Shown here piece after piece: positions 25,892 to 37,629 of a DNA stretch of 64,000 nt. The position numbers and the translations under genes were made by a program. The stretch's first letter is position 1. Each line of letters begins with the position of its first letter. The notes beneath the pieces are model-generated. The model was given only the letters and a program-made list of their open reading frames with translations. It was not told where the DNA came from and made no database searches. Origin of the DNA: Neocallimastix sp. 'constans' (Eukaryota); the NCBI GenBank assembly GCA_050613775.1, contig JBODTK010000016.1:620001-684000 (forward strand), given 5' to 3'.

Positions 25892-26062
25892 TGGACTCAG
25901 AAAACCCTCTGACAATCCAATTCTTTATTCCAATAATAATTCAGACTCAGAATCTCTCTCTGAAAATCTGATAAATTAATTCAGACTCGAAAACACCCTT
26001 CGAAAATCTGAAACTAAAAAAAAAATAAATTCAGACTCAAAAACGCAATTTGAAAATCTGAA
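25892..26062 (-). repeat. Array of four homologous stem-loops just upstream of B gag
   Basis: Sense units TCAGA-TTT-stem-loop-stem-G-TCTGA; inner stems TCAAA/TTTGA, TCGAA/TTCGA, TCAGA/TCTGA. Confidence 0.8.
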
Positions 26063-27100
26063 GCTTTTTATTATGAATTTTAATGTTTATTATATTCTCT
26101 TAAGCATTAATACACAAAATATGTATATCTTAATCTTTTTTTTAAATTTATTTGTAGTAATAACTTCTTTATTTAATTTTATTTAATATATTTATTTCCT
26201 TTATTAAAATAATTAATATAACATAAAGCAAATTGTATAAATACTTAAATAATAATAATAATGTATATTTATTTTTATTTTTATTTCTTTTTTGTATATA
26301 TTTATTATTCTATTAATTCTTTGTTATAACATTTAATGAAATATTAAATAAAAAGTTAAAATACAAGCCAAACTATATAGTGTTGAACCATCAAATATAT
26401 AGCTTGTTAACCCTTCTTACAATAAGTCCCCTTAGCTCTTTATTGATAAGTTGATAATGTCGATTGTTAATTATTAAGAAACTTAATAAAAAGAAGGTAG
26501 CAATATTAAATTCTTTTTAATTTGGCTAACTTATTGTTAGTAATAAAGAAGATAATAACGTATCCTTCCCAGTATCAACAAGATCAAAACAATAAAGTAT
26601 TATGTGTGGGTGTTCAACTATCCCGCGTAGAGAGTTGTAAGACAGCTTATTTATATTTTTCTTTTTAATTAAAATTTAATTAATTATATAACGAATAATA
26701 GAAAATTTAACACACACAAAAAAAAAATTTCAATTATAAAAATTTCAAAAAAAAAAATTTAATTATATAAAATCATAAAAATAATACTCTTATTTGAAAA
26801 ATAATAATAATAATCTAATTTTATATATTCTATATATATATATATTGTACATGTATATTAAAAAAAATAAAATAAACTGATAAACATAAAAAAAATTACA
26901 ATTTATTATTTAGAATTATTAATATAAAAAAAAAATTTATTTATAAAATTTATTCTTATTTAAAAAAAAATTAAAAATTTGTACTACAAAAAAAAAAAAT
27001 TTTTTTTGCTTATTATTTTAATATTTATCATTAATTAAATTTTTTTTTTTTTTTTTTACATATATAAATCTATATCTATGATAATACTATTGGTTAAAAA

Positions 27101-27141
<41 letters not shown>

Positions 27142-27349
27142 GTTTGTTCTACACTAAAGAAAAATTTAATTTATTATTTATTAAAAAAAAATTTATTAAT
27201 GAAATATTTATTATTTTAATAAAAGGAAAAAAAATATATATATTTTTATTTTATTGCAAAAAAAAAAATAATAATAATAATAATAATAATAGGTGAACAA
27301 ATTTATAAAAGCCTAAAATAAAAATAAAAAAAAAAACTATATATTTTAA

Positions 27350-27630
27350 CGTCACTTCGCAAGAATGACCAGGGTTTTATCAGGGATCGAACCTGACCCA
27401 CCTCTTATTTTCTGCGCGAGTGAACAAACTATCACCTGTTGAAGTGTGTAATTGCCTTCAGCGTGAAGGTTTTATAGTTCTAGGGCGTATTTGCCTAATT
27501 GTCAAGGATTTGTTCCTTGAGATACTCGCGTTTACAATCTACAAAACCTTGCAAAATTGTAAATAAGAGTTTATGAAATTAATATCCTGCAAGCTAACAC
27601 TGTCTTACTCGAATATTAACTTCGTAAATT
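27350..27630 (-). ncRNA. Large multibranch structured region with a tRNA-like T-arm in the B leader
   Basis: Nested pairings ctcttattt/aaataagag, cgcgagt/actcgcg, tcaagga/tccttga, gccttca/tgaaggt; sense TCAGG-TTCGATC-CCTGA. Confidence 0.55.
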
Positions 27631-27718
27631 TGTTAACTTTTTATTATTTTTTTTATTATTATTTTTTATCTTTAATCTATAATTAAATAAAGTTACTACA
27701 AAAACTAAAGTTTTCCAA

Positions 27719-27752
<34 letters not shown>

Positions 27753-27820
27753 ATAACTTTTATTATTATTAATATTGATATTAAATTATTAATTATTATT
27801 ATTTAACAAAACTTATGGAT

Positions 27821-27966
27821 AATCTGATAGTATACCCTGTCTGACGTGCAGCTTGCCTCTTCACGGCGTCATGCCACGCGGGTAACACGGCTACTGTATT
27901 CAATACAGCAGTCCAGAGCCTACTAGCCCAATTACTATGTAGGTTAAACTTAGCCCGGAAATCTAT
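27821..27966 (-). ncRNA. Conserved structured RNA motif in the family B 5' leader (homolog of the A motif)
   Basis: Only segment of the B leader, besides the PBS, that aligns to the A leader; compensatory stem changes. Confidence 0.7.
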
Positions 27967-28027
27967 ATTCAAGGCTTTGTTAAATAATTTAATTAATAAA
28001 TAATATTAAATTTTTTTTTTCTAATAT

Positions 28028-28045
28028 TCCCCGATATCTCCACCA
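28028..28045 (-). promoter_or_regulatory. Primer binding site, tRNA-Ala-like
   Basis: Identical to the A PBS; 7 nt from the LTR. Confidence 0.85.
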
Positions 28046-28843
28046 TAAATTATGTTATGGTTCGGGTTTTATTAGAATTTTTATTTAATTATTTATTTTT
28101 AATATTTTTCTGTCTACATTTTAATTATTGAAAAACTTCACTTATTTATACTTTTTGAAAAAAAATAAATATGTAAAGCCTTTCTACATTTTATTATCAT
28201 ATTTAAAAATAAATATTTACTATTACTAATTACTTAAAATTTTATATTAATTTAAATTAACTAATTCATAAGTATTTTTATTTTAATAAATTTTGTTTAC
28301 ATAATTTTATATTATTTTTCATATACTAAAACTAAATTATTTAATATATACGAAAAGTAACAAACAAAATTTAAAAAGATTTTACAGAAAAATAAAGTTA
28401 TTTTAATCAAGAATGTTAATATAATATTCTTATATTTTATATAAAATAAATTTAAAAACTATAATATATTTAATATTTATTATTAATCAATTAAGATTTG
28501 ATTTTATTTGTGGGGAATAAAAATATAAAATAATCAATTTAAAAATAAAATAAAATACTAAAAAGAATACAAGTTTAATATTGATACAATATAATAATAA
28601 TATAATAATATATTTGAAAATAAAAATAAAATATTAATATTGATAATAAACACTTTAATAAAATAATAAAATTTAAGGTTAAATTATAGATATTGATATT
28701 AATAATAAAAATATAAAATTATTGATAATGTTTTAGAAACTTTTAATAAAAATATAAAAAAAAATATATTTAGAAAATATTTTAGTATAGAAAATATAGT
28801 AAAGTAATATTAATTAAAGAATAATATAATGGATTCTAAAGTA

Positions 28844-29579
28844 TGTTAAAATTAAGATATAAAATAGTTTTATGATTAATAACGTTACTAGGTTAATATG
28901 TTGAATTATATATTAATAATCCAACAATAATTAATTAATAATAATATAAAAATAATATAAGATAAATAGTTAAGTTATTTAAACACTTAATATCTAAGAA
29001 TATTTTAAATAATAATTTCTTTGAAGGATTTATGAAAATATTTATTTATTGAATTATTAGTATATAATTATTGTAATTACAATAACCTTACAAAGAACAT
29101 AAAAGATAGATTTTTACATCTTTCTTTTATACTTTGTAAGTTACATAATAATAATATTTAATTATAAGATATTAATAATATAGTAATATGAATATTAATA
29201 AAATATTAAGATAATAACAATATCGATATGTTTAAAATATTTAATATAACTAAATAAATTTAATTTATAATTATATAATTAATTTGAATAATTAAAAATA
29301 GTAGTTAATATATATGATGTAAACATATATATAAACATAATATAAATAAATACATGTGACGTCATATGTAGATAATTGAAATTTTTAATATAAATCTTAT
29401 TTACTAATATTCTCAGAATTATTAGGCCTTAGATAATTCTTTAAATATTAAATAAGAATTTATATTAATTATTAATTATTTAAATATATATATTATTTAT
29501 AATTAAATAAATAATATTTTTTAACTATTGAAATGTAAATAACTGAAATTGAGATTTCAATTCAGTTATAATTTCAACA
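28844..29579. mobile_element. Solo LTR family N nested in the B 5' LTR
   Basis: TGTT..AACA termini; 5-bp TSD AAGTA (28839-28843, 29580-29584). Confidence 0.88.
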
Positions 29580-29634
29580 AAGTAAGTTGAAATTCTAATT
29601 AATAATCCATTATATGTTCGTTCTTTACCATCTG

Positions 29635-30654
29635 TGGTAGACTCGGGGTGATTCTTATTGATTTAAAATCAAGCAGGGGGGGACGGGTATTACCCTGCTT
29701 TGATTTTAACAAAGAAAAATTTTTTTTATAAAAAAAAAATATTTATTATTTATTAATATAAAATTTTATTTTTTTTTTGTGAAGTACACATTTTTAATTT
29801 TTAAGAAATATTTACAATATTTATATTTTTTTATGAATTTAAAGTATAATTATTTGTTTATAATTTAAGTAATTTTATAGAATTATTGAATTAATTTTAT
29901 ATCAATAATTCATTTTTGTTTTAATTTTTATAAATATAATAATATAATATTCAAATATAATTTAATTAAAAATAATTATAAAATAAATATATAGAAAATA
30001 GTTTTTACTATTTTCTTTGATATTTTTAAGTTAAATAAATTGTTTTTAAAGATTAATATAATAAATTTAATAATCTTTAATTATTTTAAATAATACTTGT
30101 AATTATTTTCAAAAATAAAATAAAATTTTTATAATATTTAATTAATAAATTTGATAATATTTAAATAATAATTTTTATAATAAGTAATAATTTTTAATAA
30201 TAATTTTTAATAATAAATTTAATTAATAATCTTAATAATTTTATAATAATATTTAATAGTTATAATAAATAAATTTTTATAATAATATTTAATAATTTTA
30301 ATAATTTTATAATATTAATAGTTTATAATAATTTTTAGAATAATATTTAATTAATAATTTTAATAATTTTATAATAATTTTTATAATAATATTTAATTAA
30401 TAATTTTAATAATTTAGTATCTTAAAAGTATAATTTTAATATTTACAATTGTATTTTAATATATACATATATTTAATAATATAACAATAAAGTAATTAAT
30501 TAAAATTTATTTACATTATTTACAAGTTAAAATTAATTTATATCAAAATAAATTAAATTTACAATGAGGTTTAGGTTATGAAGAATATAGGAAAGTACAA
30601 TTTAGTAAAAAATTATTAATAATAAAATAAAGGTTATTAATTCATTCTTTACCA
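29635..30654 (-). mobile_element. Solo LTR family J
   Basis: TGGTA..TACCA termini; TCTG on both sides; inverted copy at 39499-40509. Confidence 0.92.
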
Positions 30655-30658
30655 TCTG

Positions 30659-33240
30659 TGGTACGTGTTATTGTACCTTGGGCTTTTTTGACACTTCTCT
30701 AGTTAAGATAAATTATTCTAAATTGAATAAACACATAAATTAAGAACTTTTATTTATTTATTATTAAAATATTTTTTTATTATTATTTTATTAATATTTT
30801 TTTTTTATTTATTATATTACTTAATTATACATTATTTTAATTACTACATTTTTATTATAATCTAACTAACTATATATTTTTATTTCTTATTATATCTCCA
30901 TTCTACACTACGTTTTTTTATATTTTTGTCCTATTTATATTTTTTTTTCTTTCTTTTCTTTCTGATCTCTCTCTCCCCCTTTATAATTATTTTCTTATTT
31001 ACATCTTTTTATATTCTTTTTTATCTAATTTAAGGTTATAATTGTTTATTTTTTAAAAATTTAAATATTTAATCTTATAACTTTATTCTCAAATTTATTG
31101 CTTATTTCATAGTTATCAGGGCGTCCCGTACCATGACTTCCCTCCTAAATTTAGACTTCATCCTTTGAAGTCTCAATTTACTTAAATATGGGTCTTTTTC
31201 TTCTTTCTAATTTTATAATTACGTTCTAAAGTTTTAGTATCCTTTCTATTATTACAAGTTTTACTCAAAATTTCCTTTAGAACAATAATTTTAATATTCT
31301 TTGCTTTATTTTTATTAAGAATTATATTATTATGTTTCTTAGAATTAATTTTTATTATTTTTTTTATTCTTGACTTAATCAAAGTTGAATTAGTATTTTC
31401 TTCTTTTTTTTCTTTATTAACAGGTTTAATCTTCATCACTATTGATTTTTCTTTCTTAACATTATCGCTTTTCTTTTCTTCTTCTCCACAAACTCTTTGT
31501 AGACTCTCATTTCTATGACTTGGTTCTTGCTCCCTAATTTCGTTATCGCCCTGTATATAAGATGTTCTTTTATCAACTACACTTGGTTTATTCTCGACTT
31601 CTTTCACACAAATAATATTTTCCTTTCTTTTATTATTATTAATATTATCTTCCGAATTATAATAACTTCTGAATCTTTTAAGTAGGTTAAAATTACTATT
31701 ATTTCTATTAATTATAATTTGTTCCTCTTGTATGGAGATTTTATTTTTGGTTTGTATCTTATTGAATTTTAAGTATTTTTCTAACCTTCCAACATCTCTA
31801 CAATTCTCAACATAATAAATTTTAAAAATTTTATTATTATTTCGGATTACAGATTTCGAATATTTAGGAGGTTTTATTTCTGATATATAATTTTTATACA
31901 AATTAATAGTTATAATATCATTAGATAAATTTTCAAATTCTTTTATAATGGTTTTATTGAAGTCGTTACACTTTTTGCACAATTGATTTAATTTCTTTAT
32001 TAAATTCTCAGATAATTCCATTTTGATTATTCATTCAAATTTTTATTCACTTGTAATTAGTTATATTTTTAGTTAGTAATTTTTAATAATGATATATAAT
32101 TTTATAATGTCTTGTAATTATTTAATTATTATAAATTTAATATAATAAATATATATAAATACTAATCAAGTAATTCTATTATTAATATAATTTAATTCCT
32201 ATTATAATTGATTAAATATTTTTATTTAGTTTTATTTTTTTTTAATTACTAATTTTTTTTTTTTTTTTTTTTTTTTATTTTTATATATATATATATATCC
32301 ACCGAATTATAGTATTTTATTTTATATAATATTTGTATATAATTTTATATTTGAATATAATTTGAAAAATTCCTTTCTAATCAATATATAATTTTATTAT
32401 AATCTATTAATTATCATTAGCTTATCTCATCTCTATAAGCCTATAATATAGTAATTATACCTAAAATTTATATTCTCTTAAAATTTTATTTATTTTATTT
32501 TACACCTTTCCTATTAAATATATATAATTAATTATTATTATTATTATTTTTATTATTATTATTTCCTATATAAATTTAATACTAAAATATTATTTGAATA
32601 ATTTCTTTTTAATCAATATACAATTTTATTATAATCTAATATTTATTATAGCTTATACTCCCTATAAGCCTATAATATAATAATTATACCTAAAATTTAT
32701 ATTCTCTTAAAATTTTATTTACTCAATAATATTTCTTTACTATTAAATCTATATAACTAATTATTATTATTATTTATATATTTTTTTTAAGTATTAATGA
32801 ATACCAACAATTAATTTTTTTTTTTTTTTTTTTTTTTAATTATGATAATTATATCTATCTATATATTTTTTTATTATAATTTTTTTTTTTTTTTTTTTTT
32901 ATTTTTATTAATACTCTTTATTTATTATATTACTATCTTATACATTATTTTAATTACTACATTTTTATTATAATCTAACTAACTATATATTTTTATTTCT
33001 TATTATATTTCCATTCTACACTACATTTTTTATATTTTTATCCTATTTATATTTTTTTTCTTTCTTTTCTTTCTGATCTCTCTCCCCTTTATAATTATTT
33101 TCTTATTTACATCTTTTTATATTTTTTTTTATCTAATTTAAGGTTATAATTGTTTATTTCTTAAAAATTTAAATATCTAATCTTATAACTTTATTCTCAA
33201 ATTTATTGCTTATTTCATAGTTATCAGGGCGTCCGTACCA
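30659..33240 (-). mobile_element. Short LTR element family K (LTR 30659-31133; partial LTR ~32895-33240); no gag/pol, one orphan ORF
   Basis: Direct terminal repeats; TCTG on both sides; PPT aggagggaagtca at 31134-31146; U5 and PBS of the 5' LTR are missing. Confidence 0.85.
31182..32021 (-). CDS. Orphan 279-aa K/N-rich ORF inside element K
   Basis: Long ATG-initiated ORF in very AT-rich DNA, ending just before the PPT; no motif recognised. Confidence 0.55.
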   Translation of the reverse strand: MELSENLIKKLNQLCKKCNDFNKTIIKEFENLSNDIITINLYKNYISEIKPPKYSKSVIRNNNKIFKIYYVENCRDVGRLEKYLKFNKIQTKNKISIQEEQIIINRNNSNFNLLKRFRSYYNSEDNINNNKRKENIICVKEVENKPSVVDKRTSYIQGDNEIREQEPSHRNESLQRVCGEEEKKSDNVKKEKSIVMKIKPVNKEKKEENTNSTLIKSRIKKIIKINSKKHNNIILNKNKAKNIKIIVLKEILSKTCNNRKDTKTLERNYKIRKKKKTHI

Positions 33241-33751
33241 TCTGTGGAACAACACAGGTAATTATTAAAATTTATTATAGTAATAATTTATTCGATTATA
33301 TTTATTTATCTTTATTAAATAATATTTTATTTTTGAAAGAGAGAGTTTTTAATTATTTTATTTTCATAATTTCTTAAATATTTAATATTCTATCAATTTA
33401 ATTTGTTAGTATTAAAAATTTTAATTTAATTGGTTTCAAATTTATATATAAAATTATTATAAATCATTAATATAAATTATTATAAAATTTTAATATAAAT
33501 TATCACAAGATTTTAATATAAAACTATTATAGAATATTAATATAAAACTATTATAAAATATTAATATAAAACTATTATAAAATATTGATATAAAACTATT
33601 ATAAAATATTGATATAAAACTATTATAAAATACTAATATAAATTATTATAAAGTATTGTTAACAAATATTATAATTTTTTTTGTATATAATTGAATATTT
33701 AATTATTATTCATTTTTTTTATTGTCTCGTAACAAGATGCCCACGCCAAAA

Positions 33752-36700
33752 TCAGACTTCGTCCCTTGAAGTCGGTAGTTCGCACAACCTATATGGGATA
33801 ACGTTCTTAAGATGCACATTCCTGTCCGCAATTTCATTAGTGACAGGATCACAAACCGTGATAGTGTTAAATTGTTTTTTCACAATTTTCATAGGGCCAA
33901 TGAAATAAGGATCAAGCTTTCTTCTGTTAATATACTTTATAAGTACAACCTTGGTTTATAGTCGGACTTAAGCCTTCTTATTTGTTTCCTGCGATCTTCC
34001 CAAATTTTGTTGGCTGTTTGAATGTTATTTATTGCTTCTTTTATCCAACGATGATGGCGAACAAATTTCCGAAACATGAATTCTTCGTCAGTTTCGCAAT
34101 CTTCTTTTTGATCAATGTTAATGGTCAATTCGAATGGTTGTAAATCTCTAAGACCATAGAGTAATTCAAAGCTAGAAAATTGAGTAGTTTCATTTTTACA
34201 AGTTCGCAAGGCCCATAAAGCGCTAGGAAGTATTTCATCCCAATTTTGAGTGTTCTTGTTGCATAGTAGGCTTAAATACTTTCCTATTTGTTTGTTACGA
34301 TTTTCAACCATGCCATTAGATTCCGGATGATACACCGTAACAAATTGTACCAACACACCATACAAGTCAAGAAAAGTTTTTGTTTTGTCTGAACAAAACT
34401 GAGGACCGTTATCGGTGACAATAACCTCTGGAATTCCGTGGCGTGCAAATACTTTCATTAGGAAACTAATGACGTCCTTAGATTCGATGGTAGAAAGTGG
34501 GTCGGCTTCAACCCATTTTGTCAGGTAGTCGACTAGTACTATAATATATTGGTTCCCTTTGTTAGTCTGAGGCAGCGGGCCTATGATATCAAGTCCTACT
34601 TTTGTGAAAGGTCTACCCGGTTTGGTTGGAATATTTTCAACGTAAGCATTTTATGGTTGTGGCTTGAATTTTTGACATCTATCACACGTATTGACAATAT
34701 ATTTAACGTCTAAGATCATGTTTATCCAAAAATAGTCTCTTTTTAGGCGATTGTAAGTCTTAAACACACCTTCGTGACCAACTCTGTGTGCATCAAGTAT
34801 TAGTTGTAGCTTTTGATTATCATTATTAATTACCTTCCTATAAGTACCATTGTCTAAGTAATATTCTTCGTCATTTATTGTAATAAATTTGCTCTTGATA
34901 GGGTTCAGTAAGTTTCCTTCATCAATAGAATTGATCTCCGACAAGACATTTGAAACTATTGGATTGGAAGATTTTAATCTCGAAAGCGCATCTGCAAGCA
35001 CATTCTTCTTGCCAAGTTCATAGATTACTTCAACCTTAAGCATTGAGAGTAGCAATACCCATCTGGTCTGCCTAGAGTTATTAGTTTCCTTGTTCTTAAA
35101 TAAGCTTACTAACGGTTTATGGTCTGTGAACAACAAGGTAGTATGTGGGTTTCCTCCGATATAGGATTTGAATTTCTTTACGCAGTACGCTGCTGCGGTT
35201 CCCTCAAGATCTGTGATTCCATAATTTTGTTCTGATGGCTTCAGAGATCTACTAATATAATGGATGGGTCGTTCCTTGCCAAATTCGTCTTTTCGCAGTA
35301 ACACTCCGCCAATGCCATCGAAAGATGCATCCGTACGGATTATAAATTGGTTCTTGAAGTCAGGCATCATTAATATGGGAGCCGTAATCATCCTGTACTT
35401 TAACTCTTCGAAACTATTATTTTCAGCTTTTCCCCACTTGAATTCAACGTTCTTCTTTAACAACTTAAATAAAGGTTTCGCAATTGTAGCAAAGTTAAGA
35501 ATAAATTTACGATAATAGCCAATAGCACCGAGAAAAGATTGAAGTTGGGATGTGGTAGCTGGGGGCAACCATTGGGCTATAACCTTTACTTTATCTGATA
35601 ATGGTGAAATGCCATCAGTTGAAACAGTGTGACCCAACAGTTCAACTTTATCTTTGAAAAAATGGCATTTCTCTAAATTCAATTTGATACCGTTTTCCTT
35701 TAAGATGGTAAATACTTTCTCTAAATCTCTTAAGTGGTCTTCAATAGTTTCGGAAAATATAATTAAGTCATCTATATTATACAAAAAGACATTGCCCGAT
35801 TAAAGGGTAGAAGATTCGGTTCATTTCTCGTTGGAATGTTCCTGGGGCATTACATAACCCGAATGGCATTACGAGAAATTGGTAGTTCCCAAAAGCCGTG
35901 GTAAAGCTAGTTTTTGGAATATCTTTTGGGTTCATTGGTATTTGATGGAACCCAGAAAATAGATCAATAGTAGTAAACACTTTAATTGTTCGTCTTATAA
36001 AGAAAAGAATGTCATCAATTAGAGGAATAGCATAAGCATCCTTTAGTGTAACGTTGTTCAACTTCCGGTAATCCACGCCCATACGCCACTTACCATTCTT
36101 CTTAAGTACTAAAATGACTGGTGACGACCATGGTGAACTAGAGGGTTCAATTAATTTATTGTTAAGTAGTTTGGTAATTTCAGCCTTTAATGCCTCAGCT
36201 TGAGCTTTAGATAAACGGTAGGCTTTTTGTTTAATTGGTAGAGTGTCTTTTTCTAATATTATTGAGTGTGGTAATAACTTTGATCCGCCTAATTCTTCTA
36301 TATTTATGGCCAATACTTCCTTGTAGTCATTAAAAAGGCGTCCTAATTGTCTTCGAATTCCTCTAGGAACCTGTTCTAGAATATTTCCAAGTAGAGCTTC
36401 TTTCTCTTCGCTGACCAGCATGACTAATGATGACTTGGCAGATTTTCCTTTTAGATTTCTCTTTTCACAAATGAAGCAATGAAGTATAGAATCCTTTGTT
36501 AAATCAATCTGATTATTTTTATCATGGATATCTTCCTCAAAGTCAGTTTGAACTTCTTCTTCACTAGGTTGATCTTCGTCTTCACTAGTTGGAACTTCTT
36601 CGTCTGCGGATAAAGGTGCTATTCTTGTCCATGTTTCATCATCATTCATTTTACAAAGGTAGTTGTCATAAGGATTAATAAATAACTTGTTTTCTTTAAG

Positions 36701-37629
36701 TGTTTTATAACCTACTAATACATCAAACAATCCTTGATTATCATCGATTACTCTGAATACGTCTGAAATTGTAAGATTACCAAAGGTTACCGTTAAAACG
36801 TACAATTCCGAAGACATTCTAGTCTTAGAAGTTACTTGGATGATATTATTTGTGGTAAATCCAAAAGGTCTTATTCCCTTTAAATTTTTTAGAAAACTAC
36901 GAGTTACGATATTGATACTTGCACACGGGTCGAGAAATGCAAAGCCCTTTACGCCATTGATTAGGCACTCTGTAGTAGCTATATCATCTTTGGAAATTGT
37001 TGACAACATAATTTTTTCCATACCTTCTTCCTTAAATTCAATGTTTTTTAGTCTGAGAGCCTTATTCAACTGTGCCCTTAATTTCGGACAAATGTCCAGT
37101 AATTGTCCAAAGGTGATATCAGCAACTTTGTGGTTGAGATCCTCTTTGATGTCGTAAGTTTTAATCCCTTGGGCCAATTCTATGTGCTTAACACCTCTTT
37201 TCTCAGTGTTAAAAGGTTTCGGTGTTTTGTTTAGATTTCGTCTAATAAAGTACTTGGTAATTTTGTAGTGCTAGTCTTAGATTTCTTATTGTTATCACTA
37301 AGTTCATGTGCTTGCTTCATTATTTCTTGCTGTTTTTGTTCTTTGGCTTTTATTTTACTATTTCTTATTGATGGCTGAGCTATAACTGAAACATCAATTT
37401 CATTTAATGCCTCAGTATTTGGTACAGGATTCTGAAACGACAGGGATGGTTCTGGGACTTGTTCGTGGTTTCTTGGTAATGGGATAGGGACTGGATTGTC
37501 TTTTAATGAAGTAATTTTTGTATATGGTTTATTTGGAGGTTTGTCGGATCTATTTCTTCTAACGGCGGTAGCAACTAGATCCTCGGTTTGTTTAGAGGAA
37601 GTTTTCCTTCTTCCTTCCATTAGTTTAAA
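33752..37629 (-). pseudogene. pol: pol of family C, several frameshifts
   Basis: Pieces 37231-37620, 35777-37177, 34651-35784, 33937-34458 carry PR, RT, RH and IN motifs. Confidence 0.92.

Larger units (their letters stand above)
19138..29630 (-). mobile_element. Full-length defective Ty3/Gypsy element, family B (LTRs 19138-19971 and 28053-29630), with two nested solo LTRs
   Basis: Paired LTRs, PPT agtgggggcatct, PBS 28028-28045, gag/pol homologous to A, ~2.2-kb 5' leader; flanks TTCT / TCTG. Confidence 0.95.

Noticed and set aside
25892..26062. CRISPR-like repeat array
   Set aside because: Eukaryotic retroelement leader, no cas genes, short A/T spacers, and variation lies inside the hairpins
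31182..32021. env gene
   Set aside because: No signal peptide or transmembrane anchor visible; kept as an orphan ORF
33465..33660. ~24-bp tandem array as an independent satellite
   Set aside because: It is internal to the C LTR and partly present in the second C LTR
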